64,000 bases of DNA from Hyphomicrobiales bacterium (GCA_038244925.1 JBBRSX010000010.1:4337-68336), one strand, 5' to 3'. Numbered from the stretch's first letter, positions 10,181 through 20,402 are shown. Numbers and translations: made by a program. Notes: a model not told the origin generated them from the letters alone.

Positions 10181-11476
10181 ATGGATACGACGGCGACCTT
10201 GAGCGGGGATCTCGACATTCCCGCCGACATCGCGGCGACCCTGGTCAATCCGGCCGCCTATGCCGACCACCGCCTCCATGACAGCTATCGCTGGCTCCGC
10301 GCCAATAACCCGCTCGGCGTGGCGCGGCCGGAGCAATACGATCCGTTCTGGGTCGTCACCAAGCACGCGCATATCCAGGCCATCAGCCGCCAGAACGAAC
10401 TGTTCCACAATGCCGATCGCCCGACCACGCTGACGACGCGCGCGGTCGAGGAACGCGTGCGCAAGATCACCGGCGGGCCGAACCTGGTACGCTCGCTGGT
10501 GCAGATGGACGCGCCCGATCACCCGAAATACCGCGCGCTGACCCAGGGCTGGTTCATGCCCGCCAATCTCGGAAAGTTCGAGGCGCGGGTGCGCGAGATC
10601 GCGCGTGCGACCGTGCGGCGCATGCTCGACAGAGGCGGCCATTGCGATTTCGTCGCCGACGTCGCCCTCGGCTATCCCCTGCACGTCATCATGGAAATTC
10701 TCGGCGTGCCCGAGAAAGACGAGCCGCGAATGCTCAAGCTGACGCAGGAGTTGTTCGGACCGCAGGATCCCGACACGGCGCGGATCCGGGAGTCGTTAAC
10801 GGCGGAACAGTTTTCGGCGATGATGCAGTCCGTCGTGAACGATTTCGGCACGTATTTTCGTGGCATCACTGAAGACCGACGCCGCAACCCGCGCGAGGAT
10901 CTCGCCACCGTCATCGCCAATGCCAAGATCGGCGGCGACTACATGCCGGACCATGACGCCACCAGCTATTACATGATCGTCGCGACCGCCGGCCACGACA
11001 CCACCTCGTCCTCGACCGCCGGCGCACTCTGGGCGCTGGCGGAGGATCCGGCGCAGTTCGAACGGGTCAAGGCCGATCCCGGACTGATCCCGGGGCTGGT
11101 CGACGAGGCGATTCGCTGGATGACCCCGGTCAAGCACTTCATGCGCTCGGCGACCTCAGACACCGAACTCGGCGGCCGCAAAATTGCAAAAGGCGACTGG
11201 CTGATGCTGTGCTACGCGTCCGGCAACCGCGACGAGGAAGTGTTCGAGCAGCCGGATCAATTCCGCTGCGACCGCAAACCAAACCGCCACGTCGCGTTCG
11301 GTTACGGCGCGCATCTCTGCCTCGGGCAATATCTGGCGAAACTGGAAATGAAGATCCTGTTCGAGGAATTGCTGCCGCGGCTGAAATCGGTCGCGCTCGA
11401 GGGCGAGGTGAAGATGACGCAGGCTTATTTCGTCAACGGCCCGAAGAAGCTGCCGATCCGGTTTGAGGTGAATTGA
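10181..11476 (+). CDS. Cytochrome P450
   Basis: AGHDTT I-helix, EAIR, FGYGAHLCLG heme motif. Confidence 0.96.
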   Translation: MDTTATLSGDLDIPADIAATLVNPAAYADHRLHDSYRWLRANNPLGVARPEQYDPFWVVTKHAHIQAISRQNELFHNADRPTTLTTRAVEERVRKITGGPNLVRSLVQMDAPDHPKYRALTQGWFMPANLGKFEARVREIARATVRRMLDRGGHCDFVADVALGYPLHVIMEILGVPEKDEPRMLKLTQELFGPQDPDTARIRESLTAEQFSAMMQSVVNDFGTYFRGITEDRRRNPREDLATVIANAKIGGDYMPDHDATSYYMIVATAGHDTTSSSTAGALWALAEDPAQFERVKADPGLIPGLVDEAIRWMTPVKHFMRSATSDTELGGRKIAKGDWLMLCYASGNRDEEVFEQPDQFRCDRKPNRHVAFGYGAHLCLGQYLAKLEMKILFEELLPRLKSVALEGEVKMTQAYFVNGPKKLPIRFEVN

Positions 11477-11480
11477 ATTC

Positions 11481-11624
11481 CGTCATTGCCTGCAACAAAC
11501 GCGAAGCATCTGTGCACGGGAGCGTCAGCGACAAGGCACTCCATACTTTCTTTGCCGAACCATGGATTGCTTCCGCCTTCGCTCGGCGAGCTACGGCGGA
11601 CAAGTCGCTTCGCTCGCGATGACG
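11481..11624. repeat. CGTCATTGC...GCGATGACG palindromic element (composite)
   Basis: Terminal inverted repeats and a GGATTGCTTC core, between convergent genes. Confidence 0.6.
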
Positions 11625-11637
11625 AGGCGCGAACGCC

Positions 11638-13218
11638 TTATCCCAGCATCTTCCGCAATTCCGCCTTTGCCACCTTCTCCAGTGTCGAGCGCGGCATTTC
11701 ATCGACGAAATGAATTTCGCGCGGCACCTTGAAGTCGGCCAGCGATTTGCGGCAGGCGGTCATCACGATGTCATGCAGATCAGCCGGCGCGGCCGCGACA
11801 CCCGCGAGCGGAATGATGAAAACGACCGGCACTTCGTCGAGCATCGGGTGTTTCTTCGCCACGACCGCAGCCTCGCGCACGCCGGGCACCACCGCGATCA
11901 CCTGTTCGATTTCGGAGGCCGCGACGTTTTCGCCGCCGACCTTCAGCATGTCCTTGGCGCGGTCCCCGAATCTCAGGAAACCGTGGTCGAGCAGGGTGAC
12001 GCGGTCGCCGGTGATGAAATAGCCGTGCTCGTCAAAACTCTCGACCGTGGCTTTTTCGTTGTGCAGATATTCGGCGAATAGCGACAGGCCGGGAATGCCC
12101 TTGATCAGGAGATTGCCGGTGTCGCCGACCTCGGTCGGCGCACCGTCGTCGTCGGTGACACGGATCGAATATTCGGGCGCGGCGCGACCGATCGACATCG
12201 GCGTGTTGGGCTGGTCGACTTCGCCGATGATGCCGTGGGTGATGGTCTCGGTCATGCCCCACCAGCCGATGGTCTTGATGCCGAATACCGCGAACGGCGG
12301 CGGCTCGTTGACCGCCGTGCCCCAGAGCCGGAATTTGTGGTTCTTCGGAACCTCGTGTTCCAGCAGCGCCTTCATGCAGAACGGGATCGTCGAGGTCCAG
12401 GTGCTGTTGTGCTCCAGCGCCACGTTCCAGAACCGGCTGGCGGAAAACCGCGGCTGGATCACGCAGGAGCCGCCGACCCACAGCGTCGCCAGCATCGAAT
12501 AGGCCAGCGCATTGGTGTGGAACAGCGGCAGATAGGTCTGGTGCACATCGGTAGCGTGCAGGTCCTCATGCGCGGCGTTGATCTTGCCGCCCCACAGCGC
12601 GTTGGCATGCGTCCACAGCACCGCCTTTGGGCGCGACGTGGTGCCGGAGGTATATTGGACGCTGCACGGCGCCATCGGATCGGTGGCGCGTCGCGGCCGG
12701 TCGGCACTGTCGGCGAACAATGATTCAAAACTGTCGCCGCGCGGTGCGTTATTTGTCGGCGTGCTGCCGGCGTCGTGCGAGATGACGGCGATCCAGCGGA
12801 GGTCGCGGCAATGGGCCGAGATCAATTCGGCATAAGCCGGCTGGGTGATCGCGGCGACCGCGCCGCAATGGCCGGCAAAGTATTCCATTTCCGCCGCCGC
12901 CGAACGGGTGTTGGTGGTGACCGCGATGGCGCCGAGTTCGACGCAGGCAAACCAGGCCAGCATTGCCTCGATGCAGTTGTCGAGGTGGATCAAGACATAT
13001 TCGCGGGGCTTGATGCCACGTTTGACCAGCCCTGCGGCCAGCGCGCCGACGCGCTCGTGGAATTCGCCGTAGGACCATTTCCGCGCCGGCGCCTCGAACG
13101 GCGCCCAGATCAGGAAAGGATGGTTGCGGCGGCTCTCGGCGCGCATCCGCAGCAGCCACGGCACGTCGAGCCCTGCGAATGGACCGACGACGCCCGGCGC
13201 TGCCTGTGAAATCGACAT
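11638..13218 (-). CDS. AMP-binding acyl-CoA ligase (CaiC-like)
   Basis: YTSGTTSRPK P-loop, WGMTET, GD, KVGGENV. Confidence 0.92.
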   Translation of the reverse strand: MSISQAAPGVVGPFAGLDVPWLLRMRAESRRNHPFLIWAPFEAPARKWSYGEFHERVGALAAGLVKRGIKPREYVLIHLDNCIEAMLAWFACVELGAIAVTTNTRSAAAEMEYFAGHCGAVAAITQPAYAELISAHCRDLRWIAVISHDAGSTPTNNAPRGDSFESLFADSADRPRRATDPMAPCSVQYTSGTTSRPKAVLWTHANALWGGKINAAHEDLHATDVHQTYLPLFHTNALAYSMLATLWVGGSCVIQPRFSASRFWNVALEHNSTWTSTIPFCMKALLEHEVPKNHKFRLWGTAVNEPPPFAVFGIKTIGWWGMTETITHGIIGEVDQPNTPMSIGRAAPEYSIRVTDDDGAPTEVGDTGNLLIKGIPGLSLFAEYLHNEKATVESFDEHGYFITGDRVTLLDHGFLRFGDRAKDMLKVGGENVAASEIEQVIAVVPGVREAAVVAKKHPMLDEVPVVFIIPLAGVAAAPADLHDIVMTACRKSLADFKVPREIHFVDEMPRSTLEKVAKAELRKMLG

Positions 13219-13389
13219 GGTTCCTCCCGTGCAGCTTCTGGCCGGCTGCCTTGGTTTTACTTGGGAGTAGTTCTGCCATTGGATGGCGCAGGGAGCAAAT
13301 CCGCGAATATTTGCGCCGTCATACCGGGGCGATACGCAATTGCGCACCTGAAGTCTGGTCCTTCGGGCCATCTCGCAATGACGGAGGCT

Positions 13390-13471
13390 CTACGCCGCCC
13401 CACCCTCATACGACGAAATCTCGATCAAACTGCCATCGGGATCCCGGCGATGGACCGAAAGCACCGTGCCG
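13390..13471 (-). pseudogene. Displaced copy of the 3' end of the VOC gene
   Basis: 13401-13471 matches 13992-14062 at 62/71 nt; reads RDPDGSLIEISSYEGGAA*. Confidence 0.8.
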
Positions 13472-13589
13472 GCAGGGCATCGTCCGGGCTCCCGGCGTTT
13501 CGAGCACAAATCGTGGCGTCGCGGTCATGGTCGCTTGCCTTTCAGCTCACTACCACGCTCCGACTGAAATGAACGACTGGAGCACTATC

Positions 13590-13958
13590 ATGACCTCGGA
13601 TTCGCGCGACCTCGTTGTCGTTATTACTCACGGCGCCGACCATGAGTTGTCATCCGCGGGCATGACCATCGCTTTGGGCGGAATGACGGCCGGACTGAAC
13701 GTATCGATCTTTCTTACCAGCGCCGGCGTCGATATCGTCAGGAGAAACGCAGCCGATTTGACCCAGGTGAAGCCGCTTGAGCCGCTGGGCGACATGCTCC
13801 GTGACTTCATGACCCGCGGCGGAAATCTCTGGGCGTGCACGCCCTGCGTCAAGAGCCGGGGTTACACCCAGGAAAATCTGCTTGATGGCGTGGTCATCAC
13901 CGGAGCAAGCGTGATGCATGAGCTCATCAAGCGAGGCGCCGCGACGTTAAGCTTCTGA
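13590..13958 (+). CDS. DsrE family protein
   Basis: IFLTSAGV and ACTPCVKSRG motifs; GGAG RBS. Confidence 0.85.
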   Translation: MTSDSRDLVVVITHGADHELSSAGMTIALGGMTAGLNVSIFLTSAGVDIVRRNAADLTQVKPLEPLGDMLRDFMTRGGNLWACTPCVKSRGYTQENLLDGVVITGASVMHELIKRGAATLSF

Positions 13959-13980
13959 CCCGTTATGAGGCGAGGGTGGG

Positions 13981-14400
13981 TCAACCGGTCTCACCCTCAT
14001 ACGATGAAATCTCGATCAAACTACCGTCGGGATCGCGGCAATAGACCGAGCGCAGCGTGCCGCGGGCGCCTTGTTTGGCGACCGGGCCTTCCTCGATGGC
14101 GACATGGTTGGCTTTCAGATGCGCGACCACCTGGTCCGGGGTGCTGGCGGTCAGGAAGCACAGGTCGTCACTCCCGGCGGTTTCGTGGTCGGCGGTGAAC
14201 CACTCGACCTTGTCGGCGCCGCGCGGCCGGACGTTGATCTTCTGGTTCCCGAACACCAGCGAGGTCCGCGGCGTCTTGCCGGGGCCGGGATCGAACACCT
14301 TGACCTCCATGCCGAGGATCTTGCGATACCACTCGGCGGAGCGGGCCACGTCAGCCACATTGATCACGAGATGGTCGAGCGCGTTCACCTTGACGGACAT
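13981..14400 (-). CDS. VOC/glyoxalase family protein
   Basis: LDHLVINV, GSDDLCF, YCRDPDGSLIEI. Confidence 0.93.
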   Translation of the reverse strand: MSVKVNALDHLVINVADVARSAEWYRKILGMEVKVFDPGPGKTPRTSLVFGNQKINVRPRGADKVEWFTADHETAGSDDLCFLTASTPDQVVAHLKANHVAIEEGPVAKQGARGTLRSVYCRDPDGSLIEISSYEGETG

Positions 14401-14534
14401 GTCTTATCCTTTCGTCGCGGTCGCCATCGCATGTGTCGCACTGGCCGCGTTTGGGTTTGTTTGTTACAACGCGGCCCACGATCAATTCAATAGAACGGAC
14501 CGGGCTTTGAACCCGGCTTTTTGGGAGAAAATTC

Positions 14535-15512
14535 ATGATTTCACGCCGCGCCGCGATCTGCCTGACGGTTATGGGTCTTTCGGCAGTCGTCTCCATCGGC
14601 AGCGCCTCCGCGGCGGACTATCCGACGCGGCCGGTGAAATGGGTCGTCGGATATCCGGCCGGCGGCTCCACCGACATCATCGCGCGGCTGATCGGCCAGC
14701 GGCTGTCGGAGAAGCTCGGCCAGCAATTCGTGATTGAAAACAAGCCGGGCGCCGGCAACAACATCGCCACCGAAAGCGTCGTCAACGCCGAACCGGACGG
14801 TTACACCGTGCTGCTGGTCAATCCGGCGAACTACATCAACACCTCGCTTTACGCCAACCTCAAGTTCAATTTCCCTAGGGATATCGCCCCCGTCGCGTCC
14901 TTTAATCGCGTGCCGAACGTGATGACGGTCGGCAAGGATGTGCAGGCGAAAACGGTCGCTGAATTCATAGCCTATGCGAAGGCCAATCCGGGCAAGGTCA
15001 ACATGGCTTCCTCCGGCAATGGCACCTCGGTGCATCTGTCCGGCGAAATGTTCATGGCGATGGCCGGCATCAAGATGCAGCACGTGCCGTATCGTGGCGC
15101 GGCGCCGGCCATCACCGACATGCTCGGCGGCCAGGTGCAGGTGATGTTCGACAACATGCCCTCGATCATCCCGCATATCAAATCCGGTGCGCTGCGCGCG
15201 CTCGCGGTGACGACGGCCGTAAAGTCCTCGCAATTGCCGGATACGCCGACCGTGGCTGAAACCGTTCCGGGCTATGAGGCCAGCGCGCTGTTCGGCATGG
15301 GTGCGCCGAAGAACACGCCGAAGGAGATCATTGCGAAGCTCAACAGCGAGATCAACGCGATCCTGGCCGAGCCGGACATGAAAAAGCGCCTGATCGAACT
15401 CGGCGGTGAGCCGCTGATTCAGACGCCGGAGAAGTTCGGTGCCGACATCGTCGCCGAGACCGAGAAGTGGAAAAAGGTGGTTGACGGCTCCGGCCTGGAG
15501 AAGGTGCAGTAA
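14535..15512 (+). CDS. Bug/tripartite tricarboxylate transporter substrate-binding protein
   Basis: YPTRPV...GGSTD, ENKPGAG, PDGYT, HVPYRG. Confidence 0.94.
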   Translation: MISRRAAICLTVMGLSAVVSIGSASAADYPTRPVKWVVGYPAGGSTDIIARLIGQRLSEKLGQQFVIENKPGAGNNIATESVVNAEPDGYTVLLVNPANYINTSLYANLKFNFPRDIAPVASFNRVPNVMTVGKDVQAKTVAEFIAYAKANPGKVNMASSGNGTSVHLSGEMFMAMAGIKMQHVPYRGAAPAITDMLGGQVQVMFDNMPSIIPHIKSGALRALAVTTAVKSSQLPDTPTVAETVPGYEASALFGMGAPKNTPKEIIAKLNSEINAILAEPDMKKRLIELGGEPLIQTPEKFGADIVAETEKWKKVVDGSGLEKVQ

Positions 15513-15596
15513 GTTTCCGGCGGAACATTGCCGCAGTCGCGGGGTTTTAGGGGAAGGGCGATGCGCCCTTCCTGCTTCAGGCAAAGGAGACCGGTC

Positions 15597-15854
15597 ATGC
15601 GCCACGCAATGTCAGCGATAGCGATCCTGTTGGCGGCCACGGCCGCCACGGTTGCCGGCTCTTCGCCGGCGGCGGCGCATGATTATCCCTATTGCCTGCA
15701 AGGCAGGGGCATCGGCATTCCCGGCGAATGCTCGTACAGCAGCTACGGCCAATGCATGGCGTCGGCATCGGGACGGGGGCTTTACTGCAACGTCAACCCG
15801 CGCGTCGCGTTCGGGCAGCAGCCGCGGCGTGGCCGGATCTACCGGGATTATTGA
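15597..15854 (+). CDS. DUF3551 family small secreted Cys-rich protein
   Basis: Signal peptide, DYPYCLQG...C.Y.SY.QCMASASG...C..NP. Confidence 0.88.
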   Translation: MRHAMSAIAILLAATAATVAGSSPAAAHDYPYCLQGRGIGIPGECSYSSYGQCMASASGRGLYCNVNPRVAFGQQPRRGRIYRDY

Positions 15855-15862
15855 CGTCAGGT

Positions 15863-16021
15863 CTCATGTGGATCACCTACAAGTCGCGCGCGCAGCGCGA
15901 CCGGATCAACGCCAAGGTGATGGCTGATCCCAGGTGCAAGCCGATGCAGGATCCGAAGGCGATGCCGTTCGACGGCAAGCGGCTGATCTATGGCGGGTTC
16001 GAGAGCCTGGTGAAAATATAG
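15863..16021 (+). pseudogene. DUF1428 (YbaA-like) C-terminal fragment
   Basis: WITYKSRAQRDRINAKVMADPR...MPFDGKRLIYGGFE with no N-terminal half. Confidence 0.75.
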
Positions 16022-16098
16022 GCTGGGTTGTGCGTCCGGCTCTGCCGCACGCCAGCGGATCGTTGAAAAGCTGGGACCAACGGTCGCGGTTCGCGGCG

Positions 16099-16116
16099 CT
16101 GTAATCTAACTGTCAA
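16099..16116 (+). promoter_or_regulatory. PHO box (PhoB site)
   Basis: CTGTAAT-CTAA-CTGTCAA against CTGTCAT-N4-CTGTCAT, 51 bp upstream of the ABC operon. Confidence 0.8.
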
Positions 16117-16167
16117 ACTAGCCGTCTACGAACATCCGGTATCGCCCCACCCGGATGACGGATAGAA

Positions 16168-17325
16168 ATGGCTGAAATCGAGATTCGGGCTGTCCGCAAG
16201 GCTTTCGACAGCGCCGAAGTTTTGAAAGGCGTCGATCTCACGATCGAGGACGGCGAATTCATTTCGCTGGTCGGGCCCTCGGGCTGCGGAAAATCGACCC
16301 TGCTGCGCATCATCGCCGGGCTCGAACCGCAATCTTCCGGCGAAGTGCGGATCGGCGGTGTCGTGGTAGACGGCGTCAGGCCGAGCGCGCGCAATCTGGC
16401 GATGGTGTTCCAGTCCTACGCGCTCTATCCGCACTTGAGCGTGTTCGACAACATTGCGGTGCCGCTGCGGATGAAGCGGCTGTCGGCGCTGCAGCGGTTT
16501 CCTCTCGTCGGGCGGCTGTTTCCGGGCCGCCGAGGCGCCGAACAGACGATCCGTGGCGACGTCGAGCGCGTCGCCGCCCAACTCGAAATCTCAGCCTTGC
16601 TGAAACGCAAGCCCGGCCAACTGTCCGGCGGCCAGCGCCAGCGCGTCGCCGTCGGTCGCGCCATCGTGCGGCAGCCGAAGGCGTTCCTGTTCGACGAGCC
16701 GCTGTCGAACCTCGATGCCAAGCTTCGCGTGCATATGCGCGCTGAAATTGCCCAGCTGCACCGCCAGCTGAAGACGACCTTCATCTACGTCACCCACGAC
16801 CAGGCCGAAGCCATGACCATGTCGGGGCGGATCGCGGTCATGATCGATGGCGAACTGGTCCAGGTCGGTGCGCCCGCGGATGTCTATGAGGATCCGCGCG
16901 ATATCCGCGTCGCCGAATTCGTCGGTACGCCCAAAATAAACACGTTCCCCGGTCTCGTTCGTACCGACGGCCGGCTCGAAGTGCTCGGACAGCTCGTTCA
17001 GGCGACGATACATGCGCCGGCGGGCGAGTGCCGCATTTGCGTCCGGCCGGAACGGATCGAACTGGGCGCGTCCGGCGCCTTGTCCGGCACGGTGGTCCAT
17101 CTGGAGAATCTGGGATCGGAAGCCTTCGTCCATATCGGCAGCCTGGCGATGAACGTCGCGGTCGTGGCGCGCCTTGGCGATCCGCGCCAGTTGCCGGCGA
17201 TCGGGACCTCGATCAGCTATGGCTTTGCGCCGGATGCGGTCCGGGCCTTCGACACGGCGGGCAAACGGCTAGCGGCGTCAGTGCTGCCGCGCGTCGAGCG
17301 GCTGCGGGAGGTGGCCGTTGTCTGA
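16168..17325 (+). CDS. ABC transporter ATP-binding protein (UgpC/MalK-like)
   Basis: GPSGCGKS, LSGGQRQR, DEPLSNLD. Confidence 0.95.
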   Translation: MAEIEIRAVRKAFDSAEVLKGVDLTIEDGEFISLVGPSGCGKSTLLRIIAGLEPQSSGEVRIGGVVVDGVRPSARNLAMVFQSYALYPHLSVFDNIAVPLRMKRLSALQRFPLVGRLFPGRRGAEQTIRGDVERVAAQLEISALLKRKPGQLSGGQRQRVAVGRAIVRQPKAFLFDEPLSNLDAKLRVHMRAEIAQLHRQLKTTFIYVTHDQAEAMTMSGRIAVMIDGELVQVGAPADVYEDPRDIRVAEFVGTPKINTFPGLVRTDGRLEVLGQLVQATIHAPAGECRICVRPERIELGASGALSGTVVHLENLGSEAFVHIGSLAMNVAVVARLGDPRQLPAIGTSISYGFAPDAVRAFDTAGKRLAASVLPRVERLREVAVV

Positions 17326-18265
17326 GGCCTCCACCGCGTTTGGCGGAATCGCCGTGGCGCCGCGGGCCGCTGCACGGGCATCGGGCGTGCGACGCACGGG
17401 ACGGTCGCCGGCCGGCTATGCGCTCGCAGGGCCGGCCTTCGTGCTGATGCTGCTGATGCTGATCGGGCCGCTCGCCGGCGTGATCGCGCTCTCGTTCACG
17501 GATTACCAGTTGGGCGCGCCGTCGTTTTCCTGGATCGGACTCACGAATTATCAGGAAATGTTCGCCGACCGGGTGTTCTGGATTTCGCTGAAGAACACGC
17601 TGACCTATGTCGCGATCGTGGTGCCGGGCGCAGTGGCGCTCGGGCTTGGCACGGCGCTGCTGATCCAGAGCGGAACCAGCCTGCAGAGCTGGTATCGCAC
17701 CATCTATTTTCTGCCTGTGATGGCGACGCTGATTGCGATGGCCATCGTCTGGGAATTCATGCTGCACCCGCAGTTCGGGCTGGTGAACGGGCTCTTGCGC
17801 CTCGCCGGCCTGCAGAGCCATAGCTGGCTGCAGGACCGCGCCACCGCGCTCTATGCGTTGTGCGTCATCGGGGTCTGGCAGGCGGTCGGCTTCAACATGG
17901 TGCTGTTCCTCGCCGGCATCGTCTCGATTCCAAAGCAGCTCTACGACGCCGCCGAAATCGACGGTGCCGAAACCGCGTGGTCGCGTTTTGCCCTGGTGAC
18001 GTGGCCGATGCTCGGCCCGGTCACGTTGTTCGTGGTGGTGATCTCGGCGATCCGGTCGTTTCAGGTGTTTGACACCGTCCAGGTTCTCACGAAGGGCGGA
18101 CCGTCGAAGTCGTCCGAGGTGCTGATCTATACGATGTACACCGAGAGTTTTGAGTTCTTCCGTTCCGGTTATGGCGCCGCCGTCACCGTCGTGTTCCTCG
18201 CTTTCGTCTTGCTGCTGACGCTTCTCAAATCCGTCCTCGGTGGCCGGGAAGTGCATTACGCATGA
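17318..18265 (+). CDS. CUT1 ABC permease (UgpA-like)
   Basis: Hydrophobic; EAA loop YDAAEIDGA. Confidence 0.93.
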   Translation: MSEASTAFGGIAVAPRAAARASGVRRTGRSPAGYALAGPAFVLMLLMLIGPLAGVIALSFTDYQLGAPSFSWIGLTNYQEMFADRVFWISLKNTLTYVAIVVPGAVALGLGTALLIQSGTSLQSWYRTIYFLPVMATLIAMAIVWEFMLHPQFGLVNGLLRLAGLQSHSWLQDRATALYALCVIGVWQAVGFNMVLFLAGIVSIPKQLYDAAEIDGAETAWSRFALVTWPMLGPVTLFVVVISAIRSFQVFDTVQVLTKGGPSKSSEVLIYTMYTESFEFFRSGYGAAVTVVFLAFVLLLTLLKSVLGGREVHYA

Positions 18266-19098
18266 GCGCGCCGAGCCGCATCCAGTCCTGGCCGGTGATC
18301 CGGCACGTCGTGCTGATTGCCGGCGCGCTGGTGATGCTGGCGCCGTTCATCTGGATGCTGTCGACGGCGTCGAAGCCGCAGACCGAGATCTTTTCAAGCG
18401 ACCTGCATCTGATCCCCTACCATTTTGCGCTATGGGACAATCTCCGCATCGCGTTTGAAAAAGCCAACCTGTGGCGTTTCCTGCTCAACGGCCTGATCGT
18501 GACGGTCTCGATCTTCGGTCTCCAGGTGCTGATCGCACTGCCGGCAGCCTATGCGCTGGCAAAGTTGCGCTTCCTCGGCCGCGACGTCCTGTTTGCCCTC
18601 GTCGTGTTCTGCATCCTGATCCCGCCGCAGGCGACGGCGATTCCGGTGTTCCTGTTGCTGCACAAGCTCGGCGTCCTCGACAGCTATGCGGCGCTGGTGC
18701 TGCCGTTCGCTATTTCGGTGTTCGGCATCTTCCTGATGCGCCAGTTCTTCAAGACCGTACCCGACGATCTGATCGACGCGGCGCGGATGGACGGCATTTC
18801 CGAGTTCGGCATCGTCTGGCGCGTGATGCTGCCGACCGCGATCCCGGCGGTGACGGCGTTCGGCATCTTCTCGGTGGTCGCGCACTGGAACGATTATTTC
18901 TGGCCGTTGATCGTGCTCAACAGCGAGCACCTGCGCACGCCGCCGCTTGCGGTCGCCCATTTCCGCAACAACGAGGCCGGCACCAATTTCGGACCGCTGA
19001 TGGCGGCGGCGATGGTGATCATCGCGCCGCTGGTCATCGCATTTCTATTCGCTCAGCGCCGCTTCATCGAAGGCATCACGCTGACGGGTATCAAGTAA
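18262..19098 (+). CDS. CUT1 ABC permease (UgpE-like)
   Basis: Hydrophobic; DAARMDG EAA motif. Confidence 0.93.
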   Translation: MSAPSRIQSWPVIRHVVLIAGALVMLAPFIWMLSTASKPQTEIFSSDLHLIPYHFALWDNLRIAFEKANLWRFLLNGLIVTVSIFGLQVLIALPAAYALAKLRFLGRDVLFALVVFCILIPPQATAIPVFLLLHKLGVLDSYAALVLPFAISVFGIFLMRQFFKTVPDDLIDAARMDGISEFGIVWRVMLPTAIPAVTAFGIFSVVAHWNDYFWPLIVLNSEHLRTPPLAVAHFRNNEAGTNFGPLMAAAMVIIAPLVIAFLFAQRRFIEGITLTGIK

Positions 19099-19127
19099 CC
19101 GCATCAAGCTTAACCCAGGAGATGACA

Positions 19128-20402
19128 ATGCTGAGAACATGGATTGCCGCCGCGGCTCTTTCACTCGCCGCCGGCCTCGCGCACGCCGAGACTGAAGTGG
19201 TTATTCAGTATCCCTATCCGGAACTGTTCGCCGACACCCACAAGCGTATCGCCGAGGAGTTCGCCAAGGTGCGGCCGGACATCAAGGTCACGCTGCGCGC
19301 GCCGTATGAATCCTATGAGGAAGGCACCCAGAAGGTGCTGCGCGAAGCCGTCACCAATCAGATGCCTGATGTCAGCTTTCAGGGCCTGAACCGTATTCGC
19401 GTGCTGGTCGACAAGAACATTCCGGCCGAACTCGACGGCTACATCGCCGCCGAAAAGGATTTTGACAAGCAGGGCTTCCACCAGGCGATGTATGATATCG
19501 GAACCGCCAGCGGCAAGGTCTACGCGCTGCCGTTCGCGATTTCGCTGCCGATCGTCTACGTCAACCTCGATCTCGCCAAGCAGGCGGGCGCCGATCCGGC
19601 CAACCTGCCGAAGACCTGGGACGGCGTGATCGATCTGGCGAAGAAGATCAAGGCGCTCGGCCCTGATATCAACGGCATCACCTATGTCTGGGACATCACC
19701 GGCAACTGGCTGTGGCAGGCGCCGGTGTTCGCCCGCGGCGGCACCATGCTGAATGCCGACGAAACCAGGGTGGCTTTCAACGGACCGGAAGGCCAGTTCG
19801 CGATCAAGACGCTGGCGCGCCTGGTCAACGAGGCCGGCATGCCCAACCTCGATCAACCGGCGATGCGCGCGGCCTTCGCGGCCGGCAAGACCGGCATCCA
19901 CATCACCTCGACATCCGACCTCAACAAGACCACGCAGATGATCGGCGGCAAGTTCGAGCTGAAGACGCACACCTTTCCCGACGTGGTGTCGCCGAACGGC
20001 CGGCTGCCGGCGGGTGGCAACGTCGTGATGATCCTGGCCAAGGACAAGGCCAAGCGCGATGCATCCTGGGAAGTCGTGAAATTCTGGACCGGGGCGAAGG
20101 GTGCGGCGATCATGGCGGAAACCACCGGCTACATGCCGCCCAACAAGGTCGCCAACGACGTCTACCTGAAGGACTTCTACGTCAAGAATCCGAACAACTA
20201 CACCGCGGTCGGTCAGCTCTCGCTGCTGACCAAGTGGTACGCCTTCCCCGGCGACAACGGCCTCAAGATCACCGACGTGATCAAGGACCATCTCAACACC
20301 ATCGTGACCGGCGCCCGCGCCAAGGAGCCGGAAGCCGTGCTCTCGGATATGGCGGCCGACGTGCAGAAGCTGTTGCCGAAGACGGTCGGCGCTGCGCGCT
20401 GA
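19128..20402 (+). CDS. ABC substrate-binding protein (UgpB-like)
   Basis: Signal peptide, ALPFAIS.PIVYVN.DL, PKTWD, TGYMP. Confidence 0.92.
   Translation: MLRTWIAAAALSLAAGLAHAETEVVIQYPYPELFADTHKRIAEEFAKVRPDIKVTLRAPYESYEEGTQKVLREAVTNQMPDVSFQGLNRIRVLVDKNIPAELDGYIAAEKDFDKQGFHQAMYDIGTASGKVYALPFAISLPIVYVNLDLAKQAGADPANLPKTWDGVIDLAKKIKALGPDINGITYVWDITGNWLWQAPVFARGGTMLNADETRVAFNGPEGQFAIKTLARLVNEAGMPNLDQPAMRAAFAAGKTGIHITSTSDLNKTTQMIGGKFELKTHTFPDVVSPNGRLPAGGNVVMILAKDKAKRDASWEVVKFWTGAKGAAIMAETTGYMPPNKVANDVYLKDFYVKNPNNYTAVGQLSLLTKWYAFPGDNGLKITDVIKDHLNTIVTGARAKEPEAVLSDMAADVQKLLPKTVGAAR

Noticed and set aside
13179-13589. N-terminal extension of the 259-aa DsrE ORF
   Set aside because: It runs through the ligase start and the VOC scar; the RBS-supported start is 13590.
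18471-19127. Apparent 643-aa fusion upstream of the binding protein
   Set aside because: It is an off-frame overlap with the permease; the signal peptide and RBS place the start near 19128.
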